From Chlamydiota bacterium (GTDB lineage: Bacteria > Chlamydiota > Chlamydiia > Chlamydiales > RGXB01), in the NCBI GenBank assembly GCA_947494155.1, contig CANLTW010000013.1, positions 1 through 37,304 of the forward strand: 37,304 bases of DNA, in the 5' to 3' direction. Both the position numbers and the translations under genes were made by a program. Each line of letters starts with the position of its first letter. Position 1 is the stretch's first letter. Of this stretch, positions 28,555-37,304 are shown piece by piece. A model generated the notes under the pieces. It saw only the letters and a list, made by a program, of their open reading frames with translations, ran no database searches and had not been told where the DNA came from.

Positions 28555-30027
28555 TTAATTTGTGAGCTCTTTGAATAGCTCAAACTCCCCTTCGCTAAGT
28601 TGTTGTATTTCAGGGGATAAATACTGCCATCCAGCCCCAAGCTCCTTGTTAAGCTGGATAAATTCAAGAGCAAGTTGCAAACTTTGCTGGTTCTCATTCT
28701 TTATGGACTCCAAAACAGATTGTTCCACCAGCAGGGTGTCTTTTTCAGAAAAGAGCGCATTCTTTTTTAACGCGCAGCTCAACTCAAAAATTTCCCCCCT
28801 TTTTTTGGTCATATTGGCAAAAAAATCGAGTGAAAGTTTCCTGGTTTCAAAGGCGTTTAGACTTTTTTGCACATCAAATAGACCCTCCAAAACCGCTTTA
28901 AGGTAGGCAAAATAGGCCTCTTTTTGCTTATAAGTCTTGAGTCTTAGATTCCCAATTAGCTCACCACCATGAAATATTGGTGCTAAAATGGACATGCCAT
29001 AAACAGCATTTGCGTTTTTTTGATTAAAAAATGTTCTGATCAAATTCGACAACTGACCAAGATTTGAAAACAAACTGAACTCAGGTAAAAAATTACAGAT
29101 AGCTACATTTTTTTCATAGGTGGATGCGATAAGTTGTTGTTCTTTTAAGCGAATATCAGGTCGTTTTAGTAAAAGATCGGATGGAAGGCCGCAAGATATG
29201 GTCGTCGGAGGCTTAGGCATGCAGGTTTCTTTTTCAAGAAGATAGGATAGAGTATTAGGCTGTTTATCCAGCAAAAATTCTAAGCGGAAGAGATGTTTTA
29301 ACGTCTCATTTTTTTTATTGATGAGATTAGATCCCATCCGATCCAGTTCTATCCCCCGCTTGAGAACCTGTTGCTGGTCTTGAACCCCATTTTCAAAAAA
29401 CGAGCCCTCGAAGAACAAAAGCTTTTTTTCTATATCGTAAGATTTTTGTAGAAGCCTCTCCTCATCTATACTATTTTTTAGTTCTAGGTAAGCGCGCACA
29501 ACCTCTGCAATCATAGAAACCTGAACAACGTGGAGGTTTTCTCTGGCTGCTTGTATATTAGCTTTGTCCGCTAGCATCCCATTTTGTGTACGCCCAAAAA
29601 GATCGAGGTTCCATACAGCATTAAAGGCTCCGTAGAACGTATTGAAACTTGTATTAGAGAAGAGCTCGTCAAAAATAATCGGAATTGCGGAGCTTAGGTT
29701 GTTGCGATTAATGATTCCAACAAAATCGATTTGTGGCCAAAAATTCGATTGCCCTTTGATCTCGTCAGCGCGAGCCTGCCTAACTTTTGCGGCTGCTATT
29801 TCGATATCTAAGTTAGAACATACCAGCTCATCAATAAACCCATTAAGTTCAGCATCTTGAAATTGTTCCCAGTATCTTATCCAAGGTTCGCTTGGGTCTA
29901 GAATAGTCGAAGAGATGTTTTGCCAATCGGGGGGTAAATGTATTGCTACAGGTTCGTACCCGGAGCCTAGGCGACAACCTGTGGATGAAGAGAATAAGAT
30001 AACAACCAAAAATAACTTAGATTTCAT
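28555..30027 (-). CDS. NodT/OprM/TolC-family outer-membrane efflux lipoprotein
   Basis: Lipobox-like STGC after a hydrophobic stretch, WEQFQDAELN, WNLDLFGR, GLPSDLLLKRPDI, LGAGW. Confidence 0.92.
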   Translation of the reverse strand: MKSKLFLVVILFSSSTGCRLGSGYEPVAIHLPPDWQNISSTILDPSEPWIRYWEQFQDAELNGFIDELVCSNLDIEIAAAKVRQARADEIKGQSNFWPQIDFVGIINRNNLSSAIPIIFDELFSNTSFNTFYGAFNAVWNLDLFGRTQNGMLADKANIQAARENLHVVQVSMIAEVVRAYLELKNSIDEERLLQKSYDIEKKLLFFEGSFFENGVQDQQQVLKRGIELDRMGSNLINKKNETLKHLFRLEFLLDKQPNTLSYLLEKETCMPKPPTTISCGLPSDLLLKRPDIRLKEQQLIASTYEKNVAICNFLPEFSLFSNLGQLSNLIRTFFNQKNANAVYGMSILAPIFHGGELIGNLRLKTYKQKEAYFAYLKAVLEGLFDVQKSLNAFETRKLSLDFFANMTKKRGEIFELSCALKKNALFSEKDTLLVEQSVLESIKNENQQSLQLALEFIQLNKELGAGWQYLSPEIQQLSEGEFELFKELTN

Positions 30028-31591
30028 TTTCCTTACCAGTTGTTTTGTAGATATTTGGGACAAAAAAAGCCAACACTAAGGTCATAATCATCATTCCGAT
30101 GGGTATTAGATAAAAATCAATGACTGCAAGGTTGTAGCACTGATTGGTTACCATATTTTGTATCCATTTAAGCGCTCCTAAATAACTAAAACCTAGTGCC
30201 TGCAAAGTCTCTAAGGTTTCCGCAAAAGGCAAATTTTGCATGGAAAGATTTTTCTGAAAAATTTTTTCATAGAAATCATGCCTCGCCTCATAGACCCACC
30301 TTGAAACAGAAAGCGCGATTCCAGCTGTGAATATCTCCAAAAATTCATTTAAATACATTGCGCGAGCGAAATTTTCCTTATTCACAAAAACCAAAAAAAG
30401 GGTCAAACAAGGCACCGAGGATGCAGCACCTAAACCCATTAAAATTCTGGAAGGGGTGAGGTTTTCCGGTCCGACATTTAACGGGAGTTGCATAGCCCAA
30501 TACAACCCGACTAAACAAAATCCGCAAGATAAGGCAAGCATCCATCGATGCCCAATATAAGGTAAAAGAAAAAGGAAAATCCCGATTCCTAAAAAAAGGG
30601 TTAAGTTCATGTGAACAAGCGAATAGGCTGCCTGAAGCGAGGAGAAATTCAGTTGCGTTTGAGGCCAGAGAGTAAAAAATAGCACAGCCATTTTACCAGC
30701 CGCTAGAAGGAGCAAGGAAATGATGGTAAAAACTGAAAAGCCCCAATTTTTAAAAAAATGGAGCTCAAATAAGGGATTTTTTGAACGGATATTTCTATAA
30801 AAAAATAGAATTCCAGCAACTAGAGAAATTAGACCGAGCAAGCGAATATAATCCGATTTGAACCAGCCATTTACTTGACCCTCTTGTAGCATCACTTGAA
30901 AAGGGATTACAAAAAAAGGTAACAAGAGAATTAGTTTCCAGTCAACGGGGTGAAAAATTTTTTTAGTTTCCCTTTTTTTAAAGAGGAAAAGAGACGGTAA
31001 AATGCAAAAAGCTACTAAAGGTACATTGATGAAGAATACCCACCTCCATCCTAAATGAAAATTGATGTATCCGCCAATAAGAGGACCGGTCGTGCTGGCC
31101 ACAAGGCCTGCAGCAACTGCGGAATTTAGGGCTAATACTCGGATTTCTTTTTTCACATTCAATGCCACAAGCGCTGTAACAGAGGATATAATCCCACCAC
31201 CAAAAAACCCCTGAAAAAACCGAAAAATAATTAGCTGTTCAAAACTTATCGCTATTCCACACAAAAAGGAAAACAAGGTAAACCAAAAGAGAATAATCAA
31301 AAAAAATTTTACCTGACCGATACAATTGCTTACCCAATAAAAAATTGGAAGAATCAGGCTAGCTCCAATCGTGTAGACCTGGGCTACAAAAATGGAGCGT
31401 GGCATGGGAATTCCATAGGTAACTGCTATATCCGGCAATGAGATGTTTACAATAGAGATATCCATCCATGACAAAGAAATTGCCATCCCCATACAAAAAA
31501 TAAATAAATAAAGATACCCCCCCTTAAAAGGGGGAAACTCCTCAACTTCTTCGTTTAGGGATTTACCCAGATTTTGATCTTTTTCAATCAT
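30017..31591 (-). CDS. emrB: EmrB/QacA-type DHA2 MFS efflux transporter
   Basis: MDISIVNISLP, FRFFQG, GPLIGGYI, WRWVFFINVP; about 14 TM segments. Confidence 0.9.
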   Translation of the reverse strand: MIEKDQNLGKSLNEEVEEFPPFKGGYLYLFIFCMGMAISLSWMDISIVNISLPDIAVTYGIPMPRSIFVAQVYTIGASLILPIFYWVSNCIGQVKFFLIILFWFTLFSFLCGIAISFEQLIIFRFFQGFFGGGIISSVTALVALNVKKEIRVLALNSAVAAGLVASTTGPLIGGYINFHLGWRWVFFINVPLVAFCILPSLFLFKKRETKKIFHPVDWKLILLLPFFVIPFQVMLQEGQVNGWFKSDYIRLLGLISLVAGILFFYRNIRSKNPLFELHFFKNWGFSVFTIISLLLLAAGKMAVLFFTLWPQTQLNFSSLQAAYSLVHMNLTLFLGIGIFLFLLPYIGHRWMLALSCGFCLVGLYWAMQLPLNVGPENLTPSRILMGLGAASSVPCLTLFLVFVNKENFARAMYLNEFLEIFTAGIALSVSRWVYEARHDFYEKIFQKNLSMQNLPFAETLETLQALGFSYLGALKWIQNMVTNQCYNLAVIDFYLIPIGMMIMTLVLAFFVPNIYKTTGKENEI

Positions 31592-32777
31592 CGGAAACGG
31601 ACGCTGATTTTATAAGGTTTGTGGTAATAACCTCTTGAATCCAATCGTTTATTGGGTCCAGCTGATTATCATAAATCGATGTTTGTTTTATATAATTTTT
31701 GTCTACAATAGAATGAATGAATGGGCCTAATTTTGTTGTTTGTTTCTTAAAATGGACCTTCATGGACATTCCGATCATCAAGGGGTGATTGATAGTATTT
31801 TTTGAATTTAACTTTATGATGACAGGAATGCGTTGTAAAACTTTTACCCAGTTGCCCGCCGCGTTTTCGGGAGGCAAAATACTTGCGCTTGCCCCTGTAG
31901 CTAGATTTATCCCCTCAATGTAACCGGTTAAGGGCACCTTGTCTCCATAGAACTCCGAAGTAAGTTCACAGGGCTGGCCAATGTAGAAGTATCTTAAATC
32001 AGTTTCCAAAACGTTTGCTTCTATCCTTAGATCCTCGTCTATAGAAACCATTTTTAATAAAATTTTGCCCTCAGAAACCACCTCTCCTATACGAGCAGAA
32101 AGTTCCACTATATGTCCACTTTTTGGAGCTAAAATCCGTGTATTCTTTAAATTGAGAAACGATTCGCGCACCATAGACGCGGCTTCAATGATTAAAGGGT
32201 GCTCTTCAACATTTCCGTTGCCAAGTCTTATTTGCGCTTCTTGCAAATGGATAATTGCCAGCTGGTATTGTGTTTCGGAGTTTTTTAAATGGACTAAAGA
32301 TTTTTCAAGTTCTTCATTCGGAATAGCACCCAATTTTGCAAGATTTATCCGGTGCTCTGCCTCATTTTGGGCTAATTCTAATGCAGCTTTCTGGTAGATA
32401 AGGTTCTTTTCCATTTCTTGTACCTTTTTTTGGTACAAACCCACCTGTCGCACATTTTGTAGAAGCTGGGCCTGAGACTTTTCGAGTAAGACCTTAGCTC
32501 GAGTGTCATCGAGCTCAACTAGAATATCCCCTTCATTCACATCTTGGGTTTTATGGACGTGAATTTTTGTGATGGTACCCCCAACCATTGAAGAAATAGG
32601 TCTCAAATCCCCTTTGACATAGGCGTCATCCACAACAAGGTTAAACCGACCTAAAAAAAACCAGTAGATGAGGCAAATTAGAATTAAAAGTGCAAATGCA
32701 GACGCTATAAACAACATGGATTTTTTGTTGTTTTTTTCTATAGATACAGGAGCTGTCGGATTATTTTGCGTCGTCAT
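31584..32777 (-). CDS. emrA: EmrA/HlyD-family periplasmic adaptor
   Basis: N-terminal TM, DDAYV, VNEGDILVELD, ILAP..G, ATGA...ILPPENAAGNWVKVLQRIPV (EmrA signature). Confidence 0.92.
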   Translation of the reverse strand: MTTQNNPTAPVSIEKNNKKSMLFIASAFALLILICLIYWFFLGRFNLVVDDAYVKGDLRPISSMVGGTITKIHVHKTQDVNEGDILVELDDTRAKVLLEKSQAQLLQNVRQVGLYQKKVQEMEKNLIYQKAALELAQNEAEHRINLAKLGAIPNEELEKSLVHLKNSETQYQLAIIHLQEAQIRLGNGNVEEHPLIIEAASMVRESFLNLKNTRILAPKSGHIVELSARIGEVVSEGKILLKMVSIDEDLRIEANVLETDLRYFYIGQPCELTSEFYGDKVPLTGYIEGINLATGASASILPPENAAGNWVKVLQRIPVIIKLNSKNTINHPLMIGMSMKVHFKKQTTKLGPFIHSIVDKNYIKQTSIYDNQLDPINDWIQEVITTNLIKSASVSDD

Positions 32778-33113
32778 ATATCAAAGACTCTTCACATTTT
32801 GGTATTCGGAATGAAACTACTTAAGTAAACACTCCATAAGTTTTAGCCTAAAATTTAAGCAACAAAAAAATTTATTCAAAATGGATTCAAACACCAAGAG
32901 TAGATATATGAGAGCAAAGAATTTTAAACCTTTGTTCTTAGATATACTCGGTTAGTTTTTTAGTGAAAAACCCCCTCGGTTTTTTTTTATTTTGAGGCGC
33001 TCTGTTTTCTCTACATTCAAATTGCTTCTATTTCCTTTTCAGGATTATCTAGCCATAATAAATCTTTTTGAAAATCCCAAATGAATGGGTATTAGAGGTT
33101 AAATTCTGACTCA

Positions 33114-33233
33114 TCATATCAGGCCGTCCATACAATCTTGCGAAGATGGATCAACACCGCCCAATTTTTTTCCCTTTTTTTACAATTTATTTACTTGCTT
33201 TTTGGGATTACTTGTTGTCTTCTTTTTTTTCAT
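33114..33233 (-). pseudogene. Lys-rich double-glycine peptide E with internal stop: MKKKKTTSNPKKQVNKL*KKGKKLGG-VDPSSQDCMDGLI
   Basis: AAAGGA SD, ATG 33233, in-frame TAA at 33182-33180; the frame continues through GG to TGA at 33116-33114. Confidence 0.65.
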
Positions 33234-33459
33234 AAAATTCCTTTGATTACCACTAGGGTTTTGTTGGGATCAGTGACTAGCACTTCTTGGGTTTCCAGAA
33301 TAAAGCAAGTCCCTTAGCAATATATAAATTTTTTGACAATATAGGACAAATATAAATTATAACCCGCTTGCTGTCAGCAAGATCCGTCGAGATAAAAATC
33401 ATAATTTGTATTGGAAAAGGGCTTTGGGTGCAGACCCTTTTTTATTTTTGGACTCAAGG

Positions 33460-33480
33460 CGCCCCCTAAAATAGGGGGCG
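33460..33480. terminator. GC-rich hairpin downstream of the methyltransferase gene
   Basis: CGCCCCCTA-AAA-TAGGGGGCG; a second hairpin AAAAGGG...CCCTTTT lies at about 33415-33441. Confidence 0.55.
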
Positions 33481-33496
33481 AGAGAGGTTAAGAGCT

Positions 33497-35584
33497 TTAT
33501 TCGTGGATGTATTCTATTTTTTTATCCTCAGGGAGTGTTTTTATAAACTTTTGTAAGTTTTGAACACCCATCTCATAGGTTATGTATTGCCGCTTTTGTT
33601 CATCCTGCAACTTAGGCAAGGTGTATACCAGCCGAGCATTTGGGGCATCAGCTTCGAGCTCTACTGGGTCTTTTGTAAGAACATCCAAAGTGATCGACCT
33701 TTGCCCTCCTACCTTGACAAGAGAGACAGAGGGCTTTTTGGCAATGAATTGCATTATCTCTGTGAAGGGGCGGTAACGGGGTAGAAGAAGATACTTCCGT
33801 TTAGTTTCCAGTGAAAAAATCACTTCGATGTTTTTATTTGCATCGTGGGACGCTCTTTTTTCTGCCCATTCCCTTTGAATTTCTTCTATTTCGTCATTAG
33901 GATCGTCGATTTCGACCGCAACTTTATCGGGCTCGAGGTGGGCTTCGTTAGTAAAGATCGCGCGCACCGGCAAAGAAATTGCAGATTTCGCTAGCAAGGT
34001 CACAGTTCTACTGAAAGCGCCCGGGAGATGGGAAATTTTCGAAAAAATGGACTCATTTGCTCCTAGAACCGTTTTCCAAAGCTCTTTGATCTTCTCTAAA
34101 TGAGGAAACATATAAAAAGGGGTGTGGTCAATAAAAGAGGCATACTCTTTTTCTACTTTAGCATCCAATTGATCCAATGTGGAGAGCTCTACTTTACTCT
34201 CCCAGTCCTTCCCATAACGCAATCTTGCGATCAGTTTACTAGGGATCGAAATCAGGCTGGCGAGGGAGCATTGTATCGCTGTGGCAAAAAGGATGAAAAG
34301 ATTCATTGCCATATCGCTAGAAAACAACAGCTCGCCCCAGGAAATTTTATCCTTTCGACACTCTTGAACATAGGTAAAAAAGTGCTGAAAATGCTGTCGT
34401 AGATGCCCGATGTAATCGAATCCGTAACTTGGTTTATTTTGTATATACTCCGCATATTGTTTGGAAAAACGGACATTTCCCCACTCGATCCAAGTAGCTC
34501 TTGTCCCCTGTTTTGGCCGCATCGGATCGTTTCTATAAGAGATCGCCTCCTCTAACTCCTCATTTGTCTGGGGTTGACGAATGAATGCTACCATAGCATT
34601 TTTAGTGGGATCATCTTTCAAAATAAGAGCATCGGGACTTACGCGACTAAAACCATTTCTAGAGAGGGTTTCGGCATAAAAATTCATGCTTTTAAATTCT
34701 CTTATCTCTCTATTCTCTTCGTTCCAATCCACTTTTGCTGTCGCATTTACAAACGTGTGTACAGCACTTGCAATCGCTTTTACATTCTCGTCCCCTGCAT
34801 CGTGGTCTCTTAGCAAAACGACAGCGCCGGGTCTAGCAACTCTGTGAAGAGATTGGACAAAAGGCTCTACTCTCTCTGGGGGGACGTGGTGCAGGCCCCC
34901 TAAAACATTGATTAGATCCACACTTTTATCAGCTACTTCACTACCGATGGGCTTGCACGTCTTTTTAGGCTGCAAAGCCGGATTCGTACAATCCTCATCG
35001 TTTAGGTCCACATGTCGTTGATACGGAAAAAGGGATAAAAGACTCCCTGCCTCCAATTTTTCTGGAATAGTGCCCTTCGGTAAAAAATCTGCTACGGCAA
35101 TTGTAGACCCCTTCAAAGGGAGTTTAGCCACCTTTCGCATTACATCAAGGTAACGGCGATTATAAACCTCAATATAATCCTGAAATTTTTCGCTTCTAAA
35201 CCCTTTAAGGAGCTGTTTTGCTTGACTTGCCATACCAAGTTTCACAACTCTCAAAGCCCATAGTTGGCGTAAAGGGGCGAATGACCTCTTCATCAGGTCG
35301 ATTCTATCGCAGATCTCTTTATACACCTGTTCATCTGTTTTTCCCGGATCAGCCAAAATTTTTTCCATTTCCTGGATAACTTTTTTCTCGTCCAGCTGGA
35401 AGAAAATAGTTTTCAAAAATTTCACAAACTCCGCTTTCATCTCCGCAGTTGTTTGAAAAACCTGCCTCAAAGGAGATCTATTGTTGGAAGCCTGTATACA
35501 GACTAGGGGTAAAGTGGGCTCTACAAGAGCTGGATGATGCTCCCCTAAGGCCGCTAATTGGGAAGAAACTGCACCTAATACCAT
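33497..35584 (-). CDS. Class I SAM-dependent methyltransferase-like domain fused to an uncharacterised membrane-associated domain
   Basis: SVDLINVLGGLHHVP...LHRVARPGAVVLLRDHD (motifs II/III); C-terminal half contains a hydrophobic helix. Confidence 0.75.
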   Translation of the reverse strand: MVLGAVSSQLAALGEHHPALVEPTLPLVCIQASNNRSPLRQVFQTTAEMKAEFVKFLKTIFFQLDEKKVIQEMEKILADPGKTDEQVYKEICDRIDLMKRSFAPLRQLWALRVVKLGMASQAKQLLKGFRSEKFQDYIEVYNRRYLDVMRKVAKLPLKGSTIAVADFLPKGTIPEKLEAGSLLSLFPYQRHVDLNDEDCTNPALQPKKTCKPIGSEVADKSVDLINVLGGLHHVPPERVEPFVQSLHRVARPGAVVLLRDHDAGDENVKAIASAVHTFVNATAKVDWNEENREIREFKSMNFYAETLSRNGFSRVSPDALILKDDPTKNAMVAFIRQPQTNEELEEAISYRNDPMRPKQGTRATWIEWGNVRFSKQYAEYIQNKPSYGFDYIGHLRQHFQHFFTYVQECRKDKISWGELLFSSDMAMNLFILFATAIQCSLASLISIPSKLIARLRYGKDWESKVELSTLDQLDAKVEKEYASFIDHTPFYMFPHLEKIKELWKTVLGANESIFSKISHLPGAFSRTVTLLAKSAISLPVRAIFTNEAHLEPDKVAVEIDDPNDEIEEIQREWAEKRASHDANKNIEVIFSLETKRKYLLLPRYRPFTEIMQFIAKKPSVSLVKVGGQRSITLDVLTKDPVELEADAPNARLVYTLPKLQDEQKRQYITYEMGVQNLQKFIKTLPEDKKIEYIHE

Positions 35585-35587
35585 TGT

Positions 35588-37303
35588 TTACCCCTTTCGA
35601 TCGTAATATTTTTTTGTATGAGCATTTCCAAAACGGTGTTCCGGGTCGTATATCTGTTTGAGATCGCGCATTTTTTCTACCTGCTTTATCCCGTAAGACC
35701 GCTCAAAGTCTTCCCTTGAGGCGAAAGGCATGTACGCCTGATAAAAAACTCCCTTATGTTCTAGTAGGTAGGCATTCACCTCTTTGATCCATTGTTCGGT
35801 TTTTGCCATCTCTTTTTGGGTCTTCTTCTGGGCAAAACTAATCACAACAGCGAATCGGTCCTGTTCAGCATAAGGAAGAATGGAAAGCTCGTCTTTTGGT
35901 GTAGGTCGAATGGTTGCGTTGATAAGGCGCACCTGGTTGCTCTTCAATTTTTGCCCCAAGAATCTTAAGAAGGGCTCCAGCTGATCCTTTGTTAAAAAAT
36001 ACTCCTGTAACCACTGTGCGTGTAGATGGGAACGGTGCAGCATAAAAAAGGAGTTGATCGGGGGATGCAGAGCTTGGTTTCTGGTCAGCTTGCGCCCCTT
36101 GAGCATGGCAGCTTTTTCTTGGTTCCAAAAATGGCTCAAAAGCCTTTTTGTGGTGGCGTAAAAAAGGTTGGAGACCATGTTAAGAGCAATCCTTTCCATC
36201 CGTTTACCGGTCTTAGCCTCTTTATGGATTGGGGTAATGGTATTTGCCCCCCCAATCAGTGCTTCAGGATCTTTTTCAAATCGATCCATACACACTGTTC
36301 TGAGAGGATCCCCCTGTAAACAATCGAGATTCAGTCTTCCTCCAAAAAGGGGCACTTGGGCCGATTTTATTCTGGTTTCGTAGTATGGATGGAAATCCTT
36401 AATGTCGATCTCTTCACCGACCTCAACTAACGGTTCGTTTTTTACAATGTGGATTTTAGCACTTACAAGGATACCGAAATACCCCATGGTCCCGATCATA
36501 CACTTAAAATGTTCATCCTCGGGTCTAAGTGTTTTCAACTCCCCCTCAGCATCGATAATAGTCATTTCTACAACTGTTTTAGAAATCGATCCCACATCAT
36601 GCGCCCAACCGTGGCAATTGATTCCAGAGATCGATCCGCCGATGCTGAATGGGTCGGAGGCCTGTTTGACAATTACCGATCGATCACATTTATCGAGCTC
36701 CAACTGCAACTGCTCCCAAGTAGCTCCCGCACCCACAGTCACCGTCTCTAAATCGTCCGATAGCTCAATCTGATGCAAATTTTTCAAATTGATGACGATC
36801 TGATTAGGGTCAACAGGAACTGTTTGTATACCCTGACTCATTCCGGCACCAACGATAGAAATTTGCTTACTCTTTTTCTTGGCTTTTTGCACAAGTTCTT
36901 GGAGCTGCTCTACAGTCTCAGGGGTATAAATTTCTTCCACTTTTAACCCATACTGCGTTTCCACTCCAAAAGGGCGGACCGCTTTTTCTGGTAGCTGCTT
37001 GAGGTAAAAAAGGGAGAGGGCATCAGCCGAGCGCAGTCCCAAAGGGAAAAAAACAAGAGTGAGAAGCTTTTTTAAGATTTTATCCAGTCGTCGAGACACT
37101 CCTCCCGTAAAGAGGGAAATAGCAAGCTTAGGGATATCCTTAAGAACCAGCTCCAGCGCCACGACTATAGGAAAAACAATTAAACTCACGAGGCGACTAA
37201 GGACAAAAGCCGAGGCTTTACCCGTCGAGTTTTTGCTATCCTCACCATATAAAACCAAATTCTCAATTCCTCTTGCTACAGTTGCAGTCGGATGGGTTAA
37301 GGC
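35588..37303 (-). CDS. FAD-binding (PCMH/VAO-type) oxidoreductase, 5' end beyond window
   Basis: ISIVGAGMSQG, VTVGAGATW, FSIGGSI..NCHG, GTMGYFGI, C-terminal K..YDP...F.N. The frame stays open to the window edge. Confidence 0.9.
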   Translation of the reverse strand, partial: ALTHPTATVARGIENLVLYGEDSKNSTGKASAFVLSRLVSLIVFPIVVALELVLKDIPKLAISLFTGGVSRRLDKILKKLLTLVFFPLGLRSADALSLFYLKQLPEKAVRPFGVETQYGLKVEEIYTPETVEQLQELVQKAKKKSKQISIVGAGMSQGIQTVPVDPNQIVINLKNLHQIELSDDLETVTVGAGATWEQLQLELDKCDRSVIVKQASDPFSIGGSISGINCHGWAHDVGSISKTVVEMTIIDAEGELKTLRPEDEHFKCMIGTMGYFGILVSAKIHIVKNEPLVEVGEEIDIKDFHPYYETRIKSAQVPLFGGRLNLDCLQGDPLRTVCMDRFEKDPEALIGGANTITPIHKEAKTGKRMERIALNMVSNLFYATTKRLLSHFWNQEKAAMLKGRKLTRNQALHPPINSFFMLHRSHLHAQWLQEYFLTKDQLEPFLRFLGQKLKSNQVRLINATIRPTPKDELSILPYAEQDRFAVVISFAQKKTQKEMAKTEQWIKEVNAYLLEHKGVFYQAYMPFASREDFERSYGIKQVEKMRDLKQIYDPEHRFGNAHTKKYYDRKG

Positions 37304-37304
37304 G

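Noticed and set aside
12834..33182. Stop-codon reassignment or readthrough explaining in-frame stops
   Set aside because: Internal stops are of all three types, and all three also end intact core genes, so ordinary pseudogenisation is simpler.

Overview
The window is from a moderately AT-rich bacterial chromosome, most likely an environmental member of Chlamydiota. That call is inferred from the msbA-accA-L,D-transpeptidase-ihfA gene order, pepF next to groES-groEL with a TTAGCA-N15-TGCTAA CIRCE, and eukaryote-like effector candidates. Bases 1.2-12.6 kb are core genes: msbA, accA, LDT, IHF/HU, tyrS, rpiA, DUF151, HPr, pepF, groESL. The rest is accessory and partly decayed. It holds an integrase-less islet between two copies of the groEL 3' end (alsD-like, alsS, C5-methyltransferase remnant) and a second islet in tRNA-Asn (MYND-finger protein, YwqG/DUF1963). 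It also holds several pseudogenes, effector-like ORFs including a 1193-aa protein with a mitochondrial-presequence-like N-terminus, an EmrA-EmrB-NodT/TolC efflux operon, and an FAD oxidoreductase/methyltransferase pair. The main signal missing from the ORF track is a family of at least five tiny genes (27-44 codons), each with an SD-like sequence. Each encodes an MKKK-initiated, very Lys-rich 22-26-aa leader ending in Gly-Gly, followed by an unrelated short core. Two form a divergent pair driven by a 94-bp inverted-duplicated promoter/RBS (221-730). Three flank the efflux operon (28057-28323 and 33114-33233). They suggest an undescribed double-glycine peptide (bacteriocin/RiPP-like or GG-tag) system. 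All calls come from reading the sequence; no searches were run.
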